The notes under the pieces: generated by a model
Seen by the model: the letters and a program-made list of their open reading frames with translations, nothing else
The model's database searches: none
Told to the model about the DNA's origin: nothing
Source of the DNA: an uncultured Gammaproteobacteria bacterium
GTDB lineage: Bacteria > Patescibacteriota > Microgenomatia > Levybacterales > GWA1-39-11
DNA: 64,000 bases
Direction of reading: 5' to 3'
NCBI GenBank assembly: GCA_964425075.1
Contig: CAYRKM010000002.1
Coordinates: 64,058-128,057 of the forward strand
Position numbers and translations under genes: made by a program
Shown: piece by piece, positions 54,037 through 64,000 of the stretch
How the letters are laid out: every line of letters starts with the position of its first letter
Numbering within the stretch: the first letter of the stretch is position 1

Positions 54037-55215
54037 ATGAATGAGATCACTGAATTATTGACACGAGGTGTTGCAAACATAATCCCATCCAAAGAGAAGC
54101 TAGAAGAACTTCTTAAATCTGGGAAAAAGCTTAATATTTATATGGGTATTGACCCGACTGCAGTAAATATCCATCTTGGACATGCTGTAACGCTTCGCAA
54201 ACTGCAAAAGTTTGCAGATCTTGGCCACAATGTAACATTTCTAGTTGGGGACTTTACAGCAAGAATTGGAGATACTTCTGATAAAGAAACTGAACGTCCA
54301 CAATTAACTACAGAGGAGATAGCGCAAAATCTTGCAACTTATAAAGAGCAGGCATCTAAAATCCTGGACTTTTCAAAAGTTACGGTTAAATTCAATAGTG
54401 AATGGTTACAAGAATTGAAGTTTGGTGAAGTTTTAAAACTCGTCAAGCATTTCACATTAAATGATTTTATTTCTCGAGAACTTATTAAAAAGCGCTTAAC
54501 TGAAGGCAAAAGCGTAGGGCTTTTGGAAACAATGTATCCCTTAATGCAAGGCTATGACAGTTATATGCTTGATACTGATATACAACTTGGTGGAACTGAT
54601 CAGACATTTAACATGCAGGCGGGGAGAACTTTAATAAAAAACTTAAAAGGGAAAGAATCCTTTATTATCACTAATGAATTTTTATCGGGAACTGATGGGC
54701 GAAAGATGAGTAAAACATGGGGAAATGCAATTTGGCTTACGGATACCGCTTCTGATATGTATGGAAAAGTGATGTCCTTAAAGGATGAATTAATTATTGA
54801 GTATTTTACCCTTGCGACGAATGTATTACTTGATGAAATAAAGGAGATTGGGAACAGAGTAAAAACTGCTCCAATGGAGGAAAAGAAGAAATTAGCATAT
54901 ATTATTGTGTCCCAGTTTTATGGAGAGAAAACTGCTGATAAAGCACAGGAAGAATTTGAAAAAGTAGTACAGCACAAGGAAACGCCTGAAGATATTGAAA
55001 GTCTAGAGTTTAAAGAAAATCAACCTCTTTCAAAGTTTATTATAGAAAGTGGTCATGTCTCGTCAATATCTGAATGGAAGCGCCTCATAGAGCAGCATGG
55101 TGTAGAATATAACGACGAAAAGATCGATAATCCTTTTATAAATACTAATGAACTTGAAAATGAAGGCATTTTAAAAATAGGCAAAAGAACATTTTTAAAA
55201 TTAAAGAAAGGATAA
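54037..55215 (+). CDS. tyrS: tyrosyl-tRNA synthetase
   Basis: GIDPTAVNIHLGHAV (HIGH) and KMSKT (KMSKS). Confidence 0.8.
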   Translation: MNEITELLTRGVANIIPSKEKLEELLKSGKKLNIYMGIDPTAVNIHLGHAVTLRKLQKFADLGHNVTFLVGDFTARIGDTSDKETERPQLTTEEIAQNLATYKEQASKILDFSKVTVKFNSEWLQELKFGEVLKLVKHFTLNDFISRELIKKRLTEGKSVGLLETMYPLMQGYDSYMLDTDIQLGGTDQTFNMQAGRTLIKNLKGKESFIITNEFLSGTDGRKMSKTWGNAIWLTDTASDMYGKVMSLKDELIIEYFTLATNVLLDEIKEIGNRVKTAPMEEKKKLAYIIVSQFYGEKTADKAQEEFEKVVQHKETPEDIESLEFKENQPLSKFIIESGHVSSISEWKRLIEQHGVEYNDEKIDNPFINTNELENEGILKIGKRTFLKLKKG

Positions 55216-55339
55216 ACTAACTTGGATTTTATTCGCAAAAATAAATGGATTTGGAGGATACTTATCATTATTGTGGTTATCTCCATGATAACAACTGCAG
55301 TACTTCCATACTTACTAGGACTTTACTAAGTATTTTTCA

Positions 55340-57370
55340 ATGGCACAACTTTCAACTCCCATCAAAGAGGCGGGCTTTGTTTATAGGGTGAAAAGTGCAC
55401 CCCTTGCGCGTCTTGGCATATTAACGCTTAATGACCTTCTGTCCCATATTCCCTTTCGATATGAGGATTATTCCAAAAGCTCTAAAATATCTGACCTTCC
55501 CATTGGAGAACTTACAACGATAAAAGCTACTGTAATCGATATAAAAAACGAGTACACAAGAAGAAAATTTGTCCTTCAAAAAGCCCATGTTAAAGATGAG
55601 ACGGGAGAAATTGAGTGCTTGTGGTTCAATCAAAGTTATATCACAAGAGTTATACACCCAGGAGATGTAGTCGGTCTTGTTGGGAAACTTGAACCCTCAG
55701 GCAGAAGGTATACTTTTCAAGTAAAAGACTATGAAGTCCTTTCTGGAAAAGAGGCGCTACATACATCTGGACTTGTACCAGTATATAGTGAAACTTACGG
55801 TATCTCATCAAAATGGATAAGGAGCAGAATATATGAAGTGTTAAATGAAAATAAAGATGATCTTGAGGACTTCATACCACCTGATACCATAAAAAGACTT
55901 TCACTTCCGACTCTTAAAGAAGCTCTTTCAACAGTTCACTTCCCAAATTCTATTGAAAATGCTATCTCTGCAAGAAAAAGAATTTCTTTTGACGAGCTTC
56001 TTCTTGCACATTTAAGCGCACTTGTTAGGCGAGATGAGTGGAAACAAAAGAAAAACGGAATACCAATGATTGTTGATAAATACGAAAAAGAGCTTTCAGA
56101 ATTTATAACCTCCCTTCCATTCACATTAACTAATGCTCAAAAAAAAGCCGTTGAAGACTTAAAAAAAGACCTTCAGAAGGATACCCCCATGAATAGACTT
56201 TTGGAGGGAGATGTCGGAAGCGGAAAAACGGTAATTGCTGCAATTGGCATGTATATAGCGTACCTTAATGGCTATCAATCTGTATTAATGGCACCAACTG
56301 AAATACTTGCACAGCAACATTTTGCTTCAATTTCAGCTTTGTTTTCAAAACACAATATGGAAATTGCACTTTTCACTTCAAGTAAAAAAACACATGAGAA
56401 TAATTACTACAATATTGCAATTGGCACTCACGCACTTCTCCAAAAAAGAGTAGCCCCCGAAAAATTGGGATTTGTTGTAATTGATGAACAGCAACGATTT
56501 GGTGTAGAACAACGTGCAATTTTGCGCGATAAGGGAAGTAACCCACACTTCCTTACAATGACTGCTACTCCTATTCCAAGAACGGTTCTTTTAGCAGTTT
56601 ATAAGGATCTTGACGTATCAGTTCTTGATGAGATGCCAAAGGGAAGAAGAACAATCAAGACATGGCTGGTTCCGCCACAAAAAAGAGAAGCTGCCTATGC
56701 GTGGGTCAAAAAACAGATTGAGGAAAGCAAATTTACAAATCAAGCATTTATTGTTTGCCCATTTATTGAAGAGTCTGAAAGCCTAACAACTGTAAAAGCT
56801 GCAAAAAGTGAGTTTGAAAGACTACAAAAAGAGGAATTTAGGGGTTTATCTTTGGGACTATTGCACGGAAAATTAAAACCAAAAGAAAAAGAAGAGGTGC
56901 TTAAAAAGTTTAGAGAAAAGGAATTTCAAATTTTAGTATCCACTCCTGTAGTTGAAGTTGGGATAGATATTCCTGATGCAACAATAATGGTGATTGAAGC
57001 TTCAGATAGATTTGGGCTTGCACAACTTCATCAATTACGTGGAAGGGTTGGAAGAAGCGAAAAAGAATCATACTGTCTCCTTTTTACTGAATCCCAAAGC
57101 GAAATTACCATAAAACGTCTTAAATATATGGAAGAGGCGCACACCGGTTTTGAATTGGCTGAATTTGACCTAAAATTACGAGGTGGAGGAGATATTTTTG
57201 GAAGAATGCAACATGGTGTTGTTGGCCTTAAAACAGCCGATTTTTCTGACTTTGAACTAGTAGATAAGGCAAAAAAAGAGGCGGAGATTATATTTCCCAA
57301 ACTATCAGCCTACAAAGAGTTGCGCGCGAGGGTAAAATCTACTATAATAGCAAGCATTACACCGGACTAA
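55340..57370 (+). CDS. recG: ATP-dependent DNA helicase RecG
   Basis: Wedge domain; helicase motifs GDVGSGKT, DEQQRFGV, TATPIPRT. Confidence 0.85.
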   Translation: MAQLSTPIKEAGFVYRVKSAPLARLGILTLNDLLSHIPFRYEDYSKSSKISDLPIGELTTIKATVIDIKNEYTRRKFVLQKAHVKDETGEIECLWFNQSYITRVIHPGDVVGLVGKLEPSGRRYTFQVKDYEVLSGKEALHTSGLVPVYSETYGISSKWIRSRIYEVLNENKDDLEDFIPPDTIKRLSLPTLKEALSTVHFPNSIENAISARKRISFDELLLAHLSALVRRDEWKQKKNGIPMIVDKYEKELSEFITSLPFTLTNAQKKAVEDLKKDLQKDTPMNRLLEGDVGSGKTVIAAIGMYIAYLNGYQSVLMAPTEILAQQHFASISALFSKHNMEIALFTSSKKTHENNYYNIAIGTHALLQKRVAPEKLGFVVIDEQQRFGVEQRAILRDKGSNPHFLTMTATPIPRTVLLAVYKDLDVSVLDEMPKGRRTIKTWLVPPQKREAAYAWVKKQIEESKFTNQAFIVCPFIEESESLTTVKAAKSEFERLQKEEFRGLSLGLLHGKLKPKEKEEVLKKFREKEFQILVSTPVVEVGIDIPDATIMVIEASDRFGLAQLHQLRGRVGRSEKESYCLLFTESQSEITIKRLKYMEEAHTGFELAEFDLKLRGGGDIFGRMQHGVVGLKTADFSDFELVDKAKKEAEIIFPKLSAYKELRARVKSTIIASITPD

Positions 57371-57392
57371 GTGTCCTGTGTTTTTTGATGTT

Positions 57393-57563
57393 ATGCCACA
57401 AGAACCAAAAAGAAGACATTCAAAACAGAGAAAGGGAAAGAGGCGCTCCTCAATCTCTTTAGCTGGAATTTCTACCTCAGTTTGTAGTAACTGTGGTTCA
57501 GTAGTTGTTCCACACACAATTTGTAAAGCATGCGGATTTTATAAAGGAAGAAAAACCATTTAA
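57393..57563 (+). CDS. rpmF: 50S ribosomal protein L32
   Basis: Basic N-terminus plus C4-type pattern CSNCGS...HTICKACGFYKGRK; start taken at the internal Met of the track ORF. Confidence 0.65.
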   Translation: MPQEPKRRHSKQRKGKRRSSISLAGISTSVCSNCGSVVVPHTICKACGFYKGRKTI

Positions 57564-57596
57564 CCTTCTTTTTTAAAAAGCGTGTCATAAACAAAT

Positions 57597-57959
57597 ATGA
57601 AAACCGCTTTTGACCCCCGGCACAAAAAAAGACAAGAGATTGTAAAACTTCTTTTTTCATTTAGTTTCCATGATCAAAACATACAAGATTCCAAAGCCAG
57701 AGAAATTATTGCCAACATCTCCAAAATCGACAAAAAAATAGAGGAGGTTGCACCAGAATTTCCAATTGATAAAATAAATAAAGTAGATCTTGCTATACTT
57801 AGACTTGCTATTTTTGAATTAGAAAATGAGAAAAAAGAACCTCCGAAAGTCGTAGTGGATGAAGCAATTGAACTTGCTAAAGAATTTGGAGGAGATACAT
57901 CCCCAGCATTTATTAATGGGGCCTTGGGAAAAGTAATTTTAAAAGTAAATAAAATTTAA
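57597..57959 (+). CDS. nusB: transcription antitermination factor NusB
   Basis: DLAILRLAIFEL ... VVDEAIELAKEFGG. Confidence 0.8.
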   Translation: MKTAFDPRHKKRQEIVKLLFSFSFHDQNIQDSKAREIIANISKIDKKIEEVAPEFPIDKINKVDLAILRLAIFELENEKKEPPKVVVDEAIELAKEFGGDTSPAFINGALGKVILKVNKI

Positions 57960-57964
57960 TAAAA

Positions 57965-58630
57965 ATGCAGCTACCAACATTTAACGATTTGGCAATTAGA
58001 CAACTAGCTTTTACGCATCGTTCCTATCTAAACGAGAACAAAAATGCAACTCAATCCAACGAACGATTGGAATTTTTGGGCGATAGCATCCTTTCTTTTA
58101 TAGTCTCTTCGAACATTTACAAAACGTACACCAATCTTCCGGAGGGAGAATTAACCAGTCTTCGCTCGGTTCTCACAAACACTCAAACATTATATGAGGT
58201 TGCGAAATCACTAAATCTTGGTCAAGAACTTCTTATGTCAAAAGGGGAAGAAGAGGGTGGAGGACGAAGCAGCAAAACAATTTTGGCAAACACATACGAG
58301 GCGGTAGTTGGTGGGATTTACTTGGACCAAGGGCTTGAAGCAGCGACCACTTTTGTAACCAATACAATCCTTGATAATGCAGATAAGTTTGTTGACTCCC
58401 AAGGCCTAAAGGACCCCAAAAGCAAACTACAAGAATATATGCAAGAAAAATTTAAAACATCCCCTGATTATGAAATTCTCGAGGAAACTGGCCCAGATCA
58501 CAATAAAATATATACTTCGGGTGTTATGTATAATGGAGAACTTGTTGCAAAAGGCTCAGGACATTCAAAACAAGAAGCCGAAAAAGACGCTGCACAAAGG
58601 GCACTTGAGACTTTGACATCTTCTGCTTGA
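57965..58630 (+). CDS. rnc: ribonuclease III
   Basis: Catalytic signature ERLEFLGDSIL plus C-terminal dsRBD. Confidence 0.85.
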   Translation: MQLPTFNDLAIRQLAFTHRSYLNENKNATQSNERLEFLGDSILSFIVSSNIYKTYTNLPEGELTSLRSVLTNTQTLYEVAKSLNLGQELLMSKGEEEGGGRSSKTILANTYEAVVGGIYLDQGLEAATTFVTNTILDNADKFVDSQGLKDPKSKLQEYMQEKFKTSPDYEILEETGPDHNKIYTSGVMYNGELVAKGSGHSKQEAEKDAAQRALETLTSSA

Positions 58631-58662
58631 TATTAAGCCTCAAAACTAGTAAAATATACCTT

Positions 58663-58932
58663 ATGCTAATTATAAGATTTACAAGAACTGGAAGAAAGGG
58701 TGAAAGAAAATTTCGTCTGGTTGTAAAAGAGAAGCGCAGCAAGCGTGACGGCAAACCAGTGGATACGCTTGGTTTTTATGAAAAAACTGCAGTTTCTGAA
58801 GTTAAAAATTTTGATAATGATAAAATCAAGTACTGGCTTTCAAAGGGAGCTCGGCTTACACCTTCAGTAAAGGATATTTTAGATGGAAAGAAAAAAGAAA
58901 AAAAACTTCCAAAAGTAAAAAATTCCAACTAA
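58663..58932 (+). CDS. rpsP: 30S ribosomal protein S16
   Basis: MLIIRFTRTGRKGERKFRLVV. Confidence 0.85.
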   Translation: MLIIRFTRTGRKGERKFRLVVKEKRSKRDGKPVDTLGFYEKTAVSEVKNFDNDKIKYWLSKGARLTPSVKDILDGKKKEKKLPKVKNSN

Positions 58933-58933
58933 C

Positions 58934-59170
58934 ATGAAAGAACTTCTCGAGTATATTTTAGATTCTCTTTTTGCAAATCCAGCAATAACCGTAACTGAGG
59001 AGGTTGAAGACGAATATATTAACCTTATCATTAATGCACCTCAGGATGAAATTGGGAGAATAATCGGTAAAAAGGGCAAAGTTATTAATGCAATAAAACA
59101 GCTTATAAAAATTCAGGCAATTAAGGATAATAAAAGAGTAGAAATTCAGGTTTCTGAAACCGAATCTTAA
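58934..59170 (+). CDS. KH-domain RNA-binding protein (YlqC-like)
   Basis: GRIIGKKGKVINAIKQLIK is a GXXG KH motif. Confidence 0.75.
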   Translation: MKELLEYILDSLFANPAITVTEEVEDEYINLIINAPQDEIGRIIGKKGKVINAIKQLIKIQAIKDNKRVEIQVSETES

Positions 59171-59853
59171 TGCTTATTTCTATAATCACTCTTTTTCCTG
59201 AGATATTTCCCCAAATCTTAGGACATTCAATTCTCAAACGAGCCGAGGAAAAAGGCTTGGTAAAATTCAATCTAGTTAATCATAGAGAGTTCGGTATTGG
59301 AAAACACAAAGTCGTTGATGATAGACCATATGGTGGAGGCGCTGGAATGGTCCTAAGAGTAGACGTATTGGAAAAGGCTATTTTGTCAACAAAAAAAGGG
59401 CTTAAAGACGAAATAGTAATTTTACTTGATCCAAAAGGAATTCCTTACACACAACAAGTCGCAGAAAATCTCTCAAAATATGCGCATATAATACTTGTTT
59501 GTGGACATTACGAAGGGTTTGATGAGAGAATAAGAAATCTTGTAGACCTGGAAATCTCTATTGGAGACTACGTATTAACCGGAGGAGAGATTCCTGCCAT
59601 GACGATAGTTGATAGCGTAACTAGACTTGTTCCTGGGGTTTTGAAAGACGAGACAGCTACTCAATTTGAGTCACATTCAAAAAGTGGTGACAAACGGATT
59701 CTGGAAGGTCCTCATTATACTCGCCCCGAAGAATACAACGGACAAAAAGTTCCTGAAATTCTATTGTCTGGGGATCCAAAAAAAGTACAAAAATTCAGGG
59801 CGGAGGAGGCAAGAAAAATTACAAAAAGTAGACGCCCCGAACTCCTGGACTAG
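59170..59853 (+). CDS. trmD: tRNA (guanine37-N1)-methyltransferase
   Basis: SPOUT/TrmD motifs (LVCGHYEGFDERI, GGE.PAM). Confidence 0.9.
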   Translation: MLISIITLFPEIFPQILGHSILKRAEEKGLVKFNLVNHREFGIGKHKVVDDRPYGGGAGMVLRVDVLEKAILSTKKGLKDEIVILLDPKGIPYTQQVAENLSKYAHIILVCGHYEGFDERIRNLVDLEISIGDYVLTGGEIPAMTIVDSVTRLVPGVLKDETATQFESHSKSGDKRILEGPHYTRPEEYNGQKVPEILLSGDPKKVQKFRAEEARKITKSRRPELLD

Positions 59854-60507
59854 TTATTGGGTCATCCATCCGTCAAGTTGATTTAGTAAATTAGCCTCAC
59901 TTGGTGTTAATGCTTTCACGTCATTAAGAAGCGCAGTAGGCAATACGTCGTAGGGTTTAAAAAAGAATTTTACATCATAACTTCCCAGTCCTTTATCGAT
60001 TCCTATTCTTGTTAACTCTACAAGAGGCAAACTTTGATAAAGATTTTCAGCGAATTTTTTTAAATTATTATTACTACCTTCCGCCTGAATTGTAACTGTC
60101 AAATAAGGTAATCCCTCAATGGATTTATTTGAACCAATTTTCTTACCTGTATCATAAATGTCACCAACGCGAAGACTAAATCCTTGAAGCCTAACATCTG
60201 CCCTGTTTGCAGCACTATTTAGCATCGTGAACATCAGCGCTACATCTTTTTGTGGTGGAAGTGCAGTTGTTGCTACAGTAAAATTTCTATCTAATACTTC
60301 TTTTGGAGTGGTTTGGATAAGTGTTAAAGAGTTTTGTAAATTTCCTACTGCTCCTGATTTTTTTTCAATTTGCTGATTGATTAATGATATTTCAGATAAT
60401 TGTGGAAGTGCAATTCTAAATAATATAAAAAACGAAGCAAAAATTAAGGCCACAGGCAATAACTGTTCTTTATATTTTTTATAAATCTGTCTTAATTCCT
60501 TCTCCAT
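59854..60507 (-). CDS. pilO: type IV pilus assembly protein PilO-like
   Basis: N-terminal TM plus coiled-coil; position after pilN. Confidence 0.55.
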   Translation of the reverse strand: MEKELRQIYKKYKEQLLPVALIFASFFILFRIALPQLSEISLINQQIEKKSGAVGNLQNSLTLIQTTPKEVLDRNFTVATTALPPQKDVALMFTMLNSAANRADVRLQGFSLRVGDIYDTGKKIGSNKSIEGLPYLTVTIQAEGSNNNLKKFAENLYQSLPLVELTRIGIDKGLGSYDVKFFFKPYDVLPTALLNDVKALTPSEANLLNQLDGWMTQ

Positions 60508-60509
60508 TT

Positions 60510-61046
60510 TTAATTATAAGTTATCCCAAATATAACACTGTAAACTTTTGTAGTAGGGTTCAGCATAAAATTCTTCATTTCAATTTTCTTTATTCCTCTT
60601 TTTTTGTCTGTGGTTAAAGTTGAGATTTTTTCATTGATAAGCTCACCAAGAGAATCGAGACTATCCGACTCAACTTGCAACTCAATTTCTTCATCGGTCC
60701 CCGTAAATGTCTCAAGAGTAGCTTTTTGAGGGATTATGGTTGCCAATTCGTCAAATTTTGATGTTATATTAAGTCTTTTTCCTATTATTCTTTGGGACTC
60801 TTCGAGACGTTCTTTTATTGTTAGCATTTTGTCCCTCTGTTCTCTAAGTGAATTCAACTGAATTATTAAAGTCTCCTCATTATTAGACAAACTCGAAAGT
60901 TTTGTGCTTAAAACTAGTCTATACGACAGTATTCCAATCGAAATTATAACTACAACACTAAAAAGAACAGAAGCACCAAGAAGAACCCTTTTGGAAAGAG
61001 TGCTTTCCTTTTTTCTTCCAAGGGTAAGATTGATTTCTTTTTTCAT
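60510..61046 (-). CDS. pilN: type IV pilus assembly protein PilN-like
   Basis: N-terminal TM, coiled-coil; between pilM and pilO. Confidence 0.55.
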   Translation of the reverse strand: MKKEINLTLGRKKESTLSKRVLLGASVLFSVVVIISIGILSYRLVLSTKLSSLSNNEETLIIQLNSLREQRDKMLTIKERLEESQRIIGKRLNITSKFDELATIIPQKATLETFTGTDEEIELQVESDSLDSLGELINEKISTLTTDKKRGIKKIEMKNFMLNPTTKVYSVIFGITYN

Positions 61047-61054
61047 TTCGCATT

Positions 61055-62077
61055 TTAAAGCAAATCTTTTAAAGCAAGCCCTACAACAACATTAAAGCTT
61101 AAAGCCTCTGGGGCAATTTCCGGTGGAACATTTTGCATATCATATACCTGAAATGAGTTACCCAATACTACTTGAATATTTAATTGGTTTGTAAAATAAA
61201 TATCGATACCTGGAAGTTGCGCTGAACCCCCAGAAAGAATTACTTGATTAACCTGCTCTTCGGGAAACTTTTCTTTGAATAGCAATAAAGTTTTTCGTAT
61301 ATCGCCTAGAATTGACTCCAAAATTGGAAATAACGATTTTCCTATTTTTCCTTCAAATGCTTCCTTATTAAGTCCATATGCTTTTTTGTATGATTCCGCC
61401 TGCGTAAGATCAATTCCTAGATCAAGAGATATCGCGCGAGTTATTGCTAATCCACCTTTGTCCACAGTGAAAACAGTTAGAATTTCTCCATCTTTGATAA
61501 CTGCAATTGTGGTTGTTATTGCCCCCATATGCACGATAATGCTTGCAGTTGGAACATTTACCAAAGGAAATAACGCCCTAACAACTGAAAGAATTTCCGT
61601 TTCAATAGTTACTACCGTAAAACCCGCTTGCTCTATAACACCTTCGTACTTTTCAAGCAATGCGTTGGGTGCTGCAACAATAAAAACACTGGTTGTGCCC
61701 TTATTATTACTATTGGAACCCAATATTTGCCAATCTGTTTTAACTTGATCTAGTGGAAGAGGGACGTACTGTTCCATTTCGTATTTAAGGGCAGCAGCTA
61801 ATTCTTTTTCGGACAATAACGGCATCTCCACAATTTTTGTGTAAACCTGATTCTCTGGAAGCGAAAGATTAACGTTTTTCTCCTTTATGTTTGCGCCTTC
61901 AACAGCCTTTTTAATTGCATCTGCGGATTCCATTAAGTCATCAGGAGCCTCAGAGAGAATTCCTTTTGTGGGTGCGATACCAACACCCAAATTTTCCACA
62001 GCGAGACTATTCCCATTTTTTTTAAGGGATAATGCTTTAATAGATGTCGTACCGATATCAAGTCCGAATGCGCTCAT
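61055..62077 (-). CDS. pilM: type IV pilus assembly ATPase-fold protein PilM
   Basis: Actin-like fold start FGLDIGTTSIKAL. Confidence 0.8.
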   Translation of the reverse strand: MSAFGLDIGTTSIKALSLKKNGNSLAVENLGVGIAPTKGILSEAPDDLMESADAIKKAVEGANIKEKNVNLSLPENQVYTKIVEMPLLSEKELAAALKYEMEQYVPLPLDQVKTDWQILGSNSNNKGTTSVFIVAAPNALLEKYEGVIEQAGFTVVTIETEILSVVRALFPLVNVPTASIIVHMGAITTTIAVIKDGEILTVFTVDKGGLAITRAISLDLGIDLTQAESYKKAYGLNKEAFEGKIGKSLFPILESILGDIRKTLLLFKEKFPEEQVNQVILSGGSAQLPGIDIYFTNQLNIQVVLGNSFQVYDMQNVPPEIAPEALSFNVVVGLALKDLL

Positions 62078-62922
62078 TGAGAGAGTAGAGAATATGGAAA
62101 TACTTCAAGTGGCAATTGTGGAAATGATCTAAAATAAGTAACCTTTCTTACGGTGTTTCCTGCGGTTCCTGTAGACTCAACAACCGATCCCTGGGCTGGA
62201 AACGCAATAGGCGTTCCTCCGCTTACAGCGGTAACACCAATAAGCCCGGAATTAAAAACTGGTATTACCTTCATTATAAGACCATTGGTAACAGAAATAG
62301 TTGCTGAATTTCGAAATTCTTCGCTATTTTCACCAATTGTATAGTTTCCACTCGTACCCTGAGTGGCCCCGGTTATCCTACTGCACCCGCTTGCTTCAAA
62401 TACATACCTTGCCATTGAAGGAGAATTTTTGGAGCCCTGCAATACTGCTACTTCAATTGCAGGTGAGGTAGTATCACCACTGTTTGGCAAGCATGATATC
62501 TGCGAAGGACTTCGCCAATAAATTGTCACCAAAACAGGAGCTCCTGCTCCCATAGGATTATTAAATACTTCAGATTGAGTAGTCGAATAATCTGAAAGCC
62601 ATATATCAGCTCCTACGGCTTGATCAACCTCTTGACCATTATTAATAAGAAGTGATGCTCCGCTTTCAGCAGTGAATGAGGTAGTAAATGATGCATTGTT
62701 TTCATCAAAATTTAACGAGCTTGAGATAGACTGCTCTTGCTTTAAAGTTTGTTCTATTCCAGCTTCTGCAGCCTGAAATGCTCTTTGTGATTCTTCATTC
62801 TGGCGTGAAAGTCTAAGTTCCGTTACGATTCTTGAGGCAATAGAGAGACCAACAGTAAGCGCTACAATCATAGTCAAAACAACTATAAGAAGTATTTGGC
62901 CATTCTGGCGTTTTAAATTCAT
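62074..62922 (-). CDS. PilX-like minor pilin/pilus assembly protein
   Basis: PilX_N-like N-terminus MNLKRQNGQILLIVVLTMIVAL. Confidence 0.45.
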   Translation of the reverse strand: MNLKRQNGQILLIVVLTMIVALTVGLSIASRIVTELRLSRQNEESQRAFQAAEAGIEQTLKQEQSISSSLNFDENNASFTTSFTAESGASLLINNGQEVDQAVGADIWLSDYSTTQSEVFNNPMGAGAPVLVTIYWRSPSQISCLPNSGDTTSPAIEVAVLQGSKNSPSMARYVFEASGCSRITGATQGTSGNYTIGENSEEFRNSATISVTNGLIMKVIPVFNSGLIGVTAVSGGTPIAFPAQGSVVESTGTAGNTVRKVTYFRSFPQLPLEVFPYSLLSQ

Positions 62923-62978
62923 GCTGCTTTAATAATAGGGTCAAATGGGCAATTATGTCAAGCTCACTTGGCTAAAAA

Positions 62979-63575
62979 TTACTTAGGATTAAAATTGCGC
63001 ATCGTAGTTGATGTGGTAAAGACAGCAGTTGAACTGTTTTCTACAGTAGCATTTGCGTTTAGCTGAGAAAGTGTAAAAGTAATGTTAATTATGGGTATTG
63101 AATAAGGATTATTATCGCTTTGCTTACAGACAAAACTACAAGTAGCACTATCTGCCTTAACCGTGTTGTTGTCAATTAAATATGTTGTTGAAGATGCACT
63201 TGTTGATGCTATTGTGTCGTTCTGGCAAGCAAAAGTTATTAGGGACCCAGTTGATTGCTTTAGCTCTATACTACTTCCACTAGGATTTGCTGTACAATCG
63301 GTTATGGATACTCCTCCAATTTGTGTTACTGATTCTGAAAGGAGAATAGTATTTGAAATGACTGATAGGGCATAATTGCCGTTTTGCGCAACTTCATTTG
63401 TAACTTTTGATTTATTCCCACCCCTTAATGTTGAATACAATATTCCTGCAATAAGACTTGCAACGATTACGATAATTGTTGTAACTGCCAAAAGCTCAAT
63501 AAGGGTATACCCCCTATTGTCTATTGAGCATTTGACTGGATTATTAAATAAATTAAAATTTGAGATAGTTTTCAT
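62979..63575 (-). CDS. type IV prepilin (N-terminal cleavage/methylation motif)
   Basis: RGYTLIELLAVTTIIVI is a G(F/Y)TLIE prepilin motif. Confidence 0.75.
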   Translation of the reverse strand: MKTISNFNLFNNPVKCSIDNRGYTLIELLAVTTIIVIVASLIAGILYSTLRGGNKSKVTNEVAQNGNYALSVISNTILLSESVTQIGGVSITDCTANPSGSSIELKQSTGSLITFACQNDTIASTSASSTTYLIDNNTVKADSATCSFVCKQSDNNPYSIPIINITFTLSQLNANATVENSSTAVFTTSTTMRNFNPK

Positions 63576-63601
63576 TATTTTAGTATAGAATAATTTGTTA
63601 T

Positions 63602-64000
63602 TTAGGGTGTGGCATTACCAGCATAGGGAAAACACGACGAAAGGATGGAAGAATGGCAAAACGAATTGGAACTAGGACATTTACTTGAGGACCATTTACT
63701 TGTTACGGTTACCCGCGTTTCTCCATCTCTACATGGTGAAACATCTTTATTTAATTGGATAGTTCTAACATGAGTACCCCCTACGTTTACACTTGTGCAA
63801 TTTTCGGTTGTAAGGGTGGATGTATTTTCGTCAATACATGTTGTAATAAGATCATAGGACGCAAATTGCTGAATATCGTTTTGCTGCATGTTTCTTACAA
63901 ATTCCATGCCTTGCTGAGAATATTTGTTGGCAAGATTTTGATTTCTAATAAATTGGGAATTATAAATACTACTAACAACAACAATTGAAATTGCCGATAA
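63602..64000 (-). CDS. pilin-like protein, 5'-partial (frame stays open to the window edge)
   Basis: Codons upstream of the track Met (LSAISIVVVSSIYNS...) are stop-free and hydrophobic like a pilin N-helix. Confidence 0.4.
   Translation of the reverse strand, partial: LSAISIVVVSSIYNSQFIRNQNLANKYSQQGMEFVRNMQQNDIQQFASYDLITTCIDENTSTLTTENCTSVNVGGTHVRTIQLNKDVSPCRDGETRVTVTSKWSSSKCPSSNSFCHSSILSSCFPYAGNATP

Noticed and set aside
55222-55329. 35-codon hydrophobic mini-ORF (TTG start) between tyrS and recG
   Set aside because: Non-ATG start, no SD, and an alternative overlapping frame. Cannot be distinguished from chance in AT-rich DNA.
1-64000. Mobile elements, integrases, transposases, rRNA
   Set aside because: No ORF showed integrase, transposase or recombinase catalytic motifs and no rRNA-like conserved blocks were found. 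The tRNA-end duplications are noted as possible integration scars only.

Overview
The 64-kb window is low-GC, gene-dense, and carries no rRNA, CRISPR array, integrase or transposase. Reduced housekeeping proteins and type IV pilus genes suggest, as a weak inference, a small-genome Patescibacteria/CPR-like bacterium. Most coding sequence is housekeeping. The oxidative pentose-phosphate pair zwf-gnd, murF, dacA-like, PBP1A and rarA are present. The conserved thrS-infC-rpmI-rplT-(nudix)-pheS-pheT cluster is present, as are tyrS, recG and the rpmF-nusB-rnc-rpsP-KH-trmD block. A type IV pilus block (pilins-pilX-pilM-pilN-pilO) runs off the right edge. Fourteen tRNA genes are present, with codon identities read by hand from the anticodon loops.

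The standout feature is one uninterrupted 1478-codon ORF (7809-12245). It fuses an N-terminal unknown region plus a Snf2/RapA-type ATPase core to a complete primary-type sigma-70 (regions 1.2, 2, 3, 4), followed by a second sigma-region-4-like HTH. A co-directional acidic 407-aa ORF follows 36 nt downstream. Its GC looks elevated by eye.

A second conspicuous layer is tRNA-associated repeat architecture. A palindromic-core repeat family (AGTGC-NN-GCACT inside ~21-29-nt tandem units) sits next to six tRNA genes, always in the same orientation relative to the tRNA. tRNA-Pro is followed by four tandem partial copies of its own 3' end. tRNA-Val(GAC) sits inside a 10-bp extension of its acceptor stem, between tRNA fragment relics. 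A ~470-nt GC-rich structured RNA has a near-consensus sigma-70 promoter and a strong intrinsic terminator; its identity is unresolved (SRP RNA-like or RNase P RNA are the candidates). A cassette of small ORFs shares near-identical strong Shine-Dalgarno boxes behind terminator/antiterminator-like leaders. Other items worth a look include a cupredoxin/membrane FNR-like reductase/ZIP locus, an editing-domain-less ThrRS, and an ORF interrupted by one in-frame TAA.
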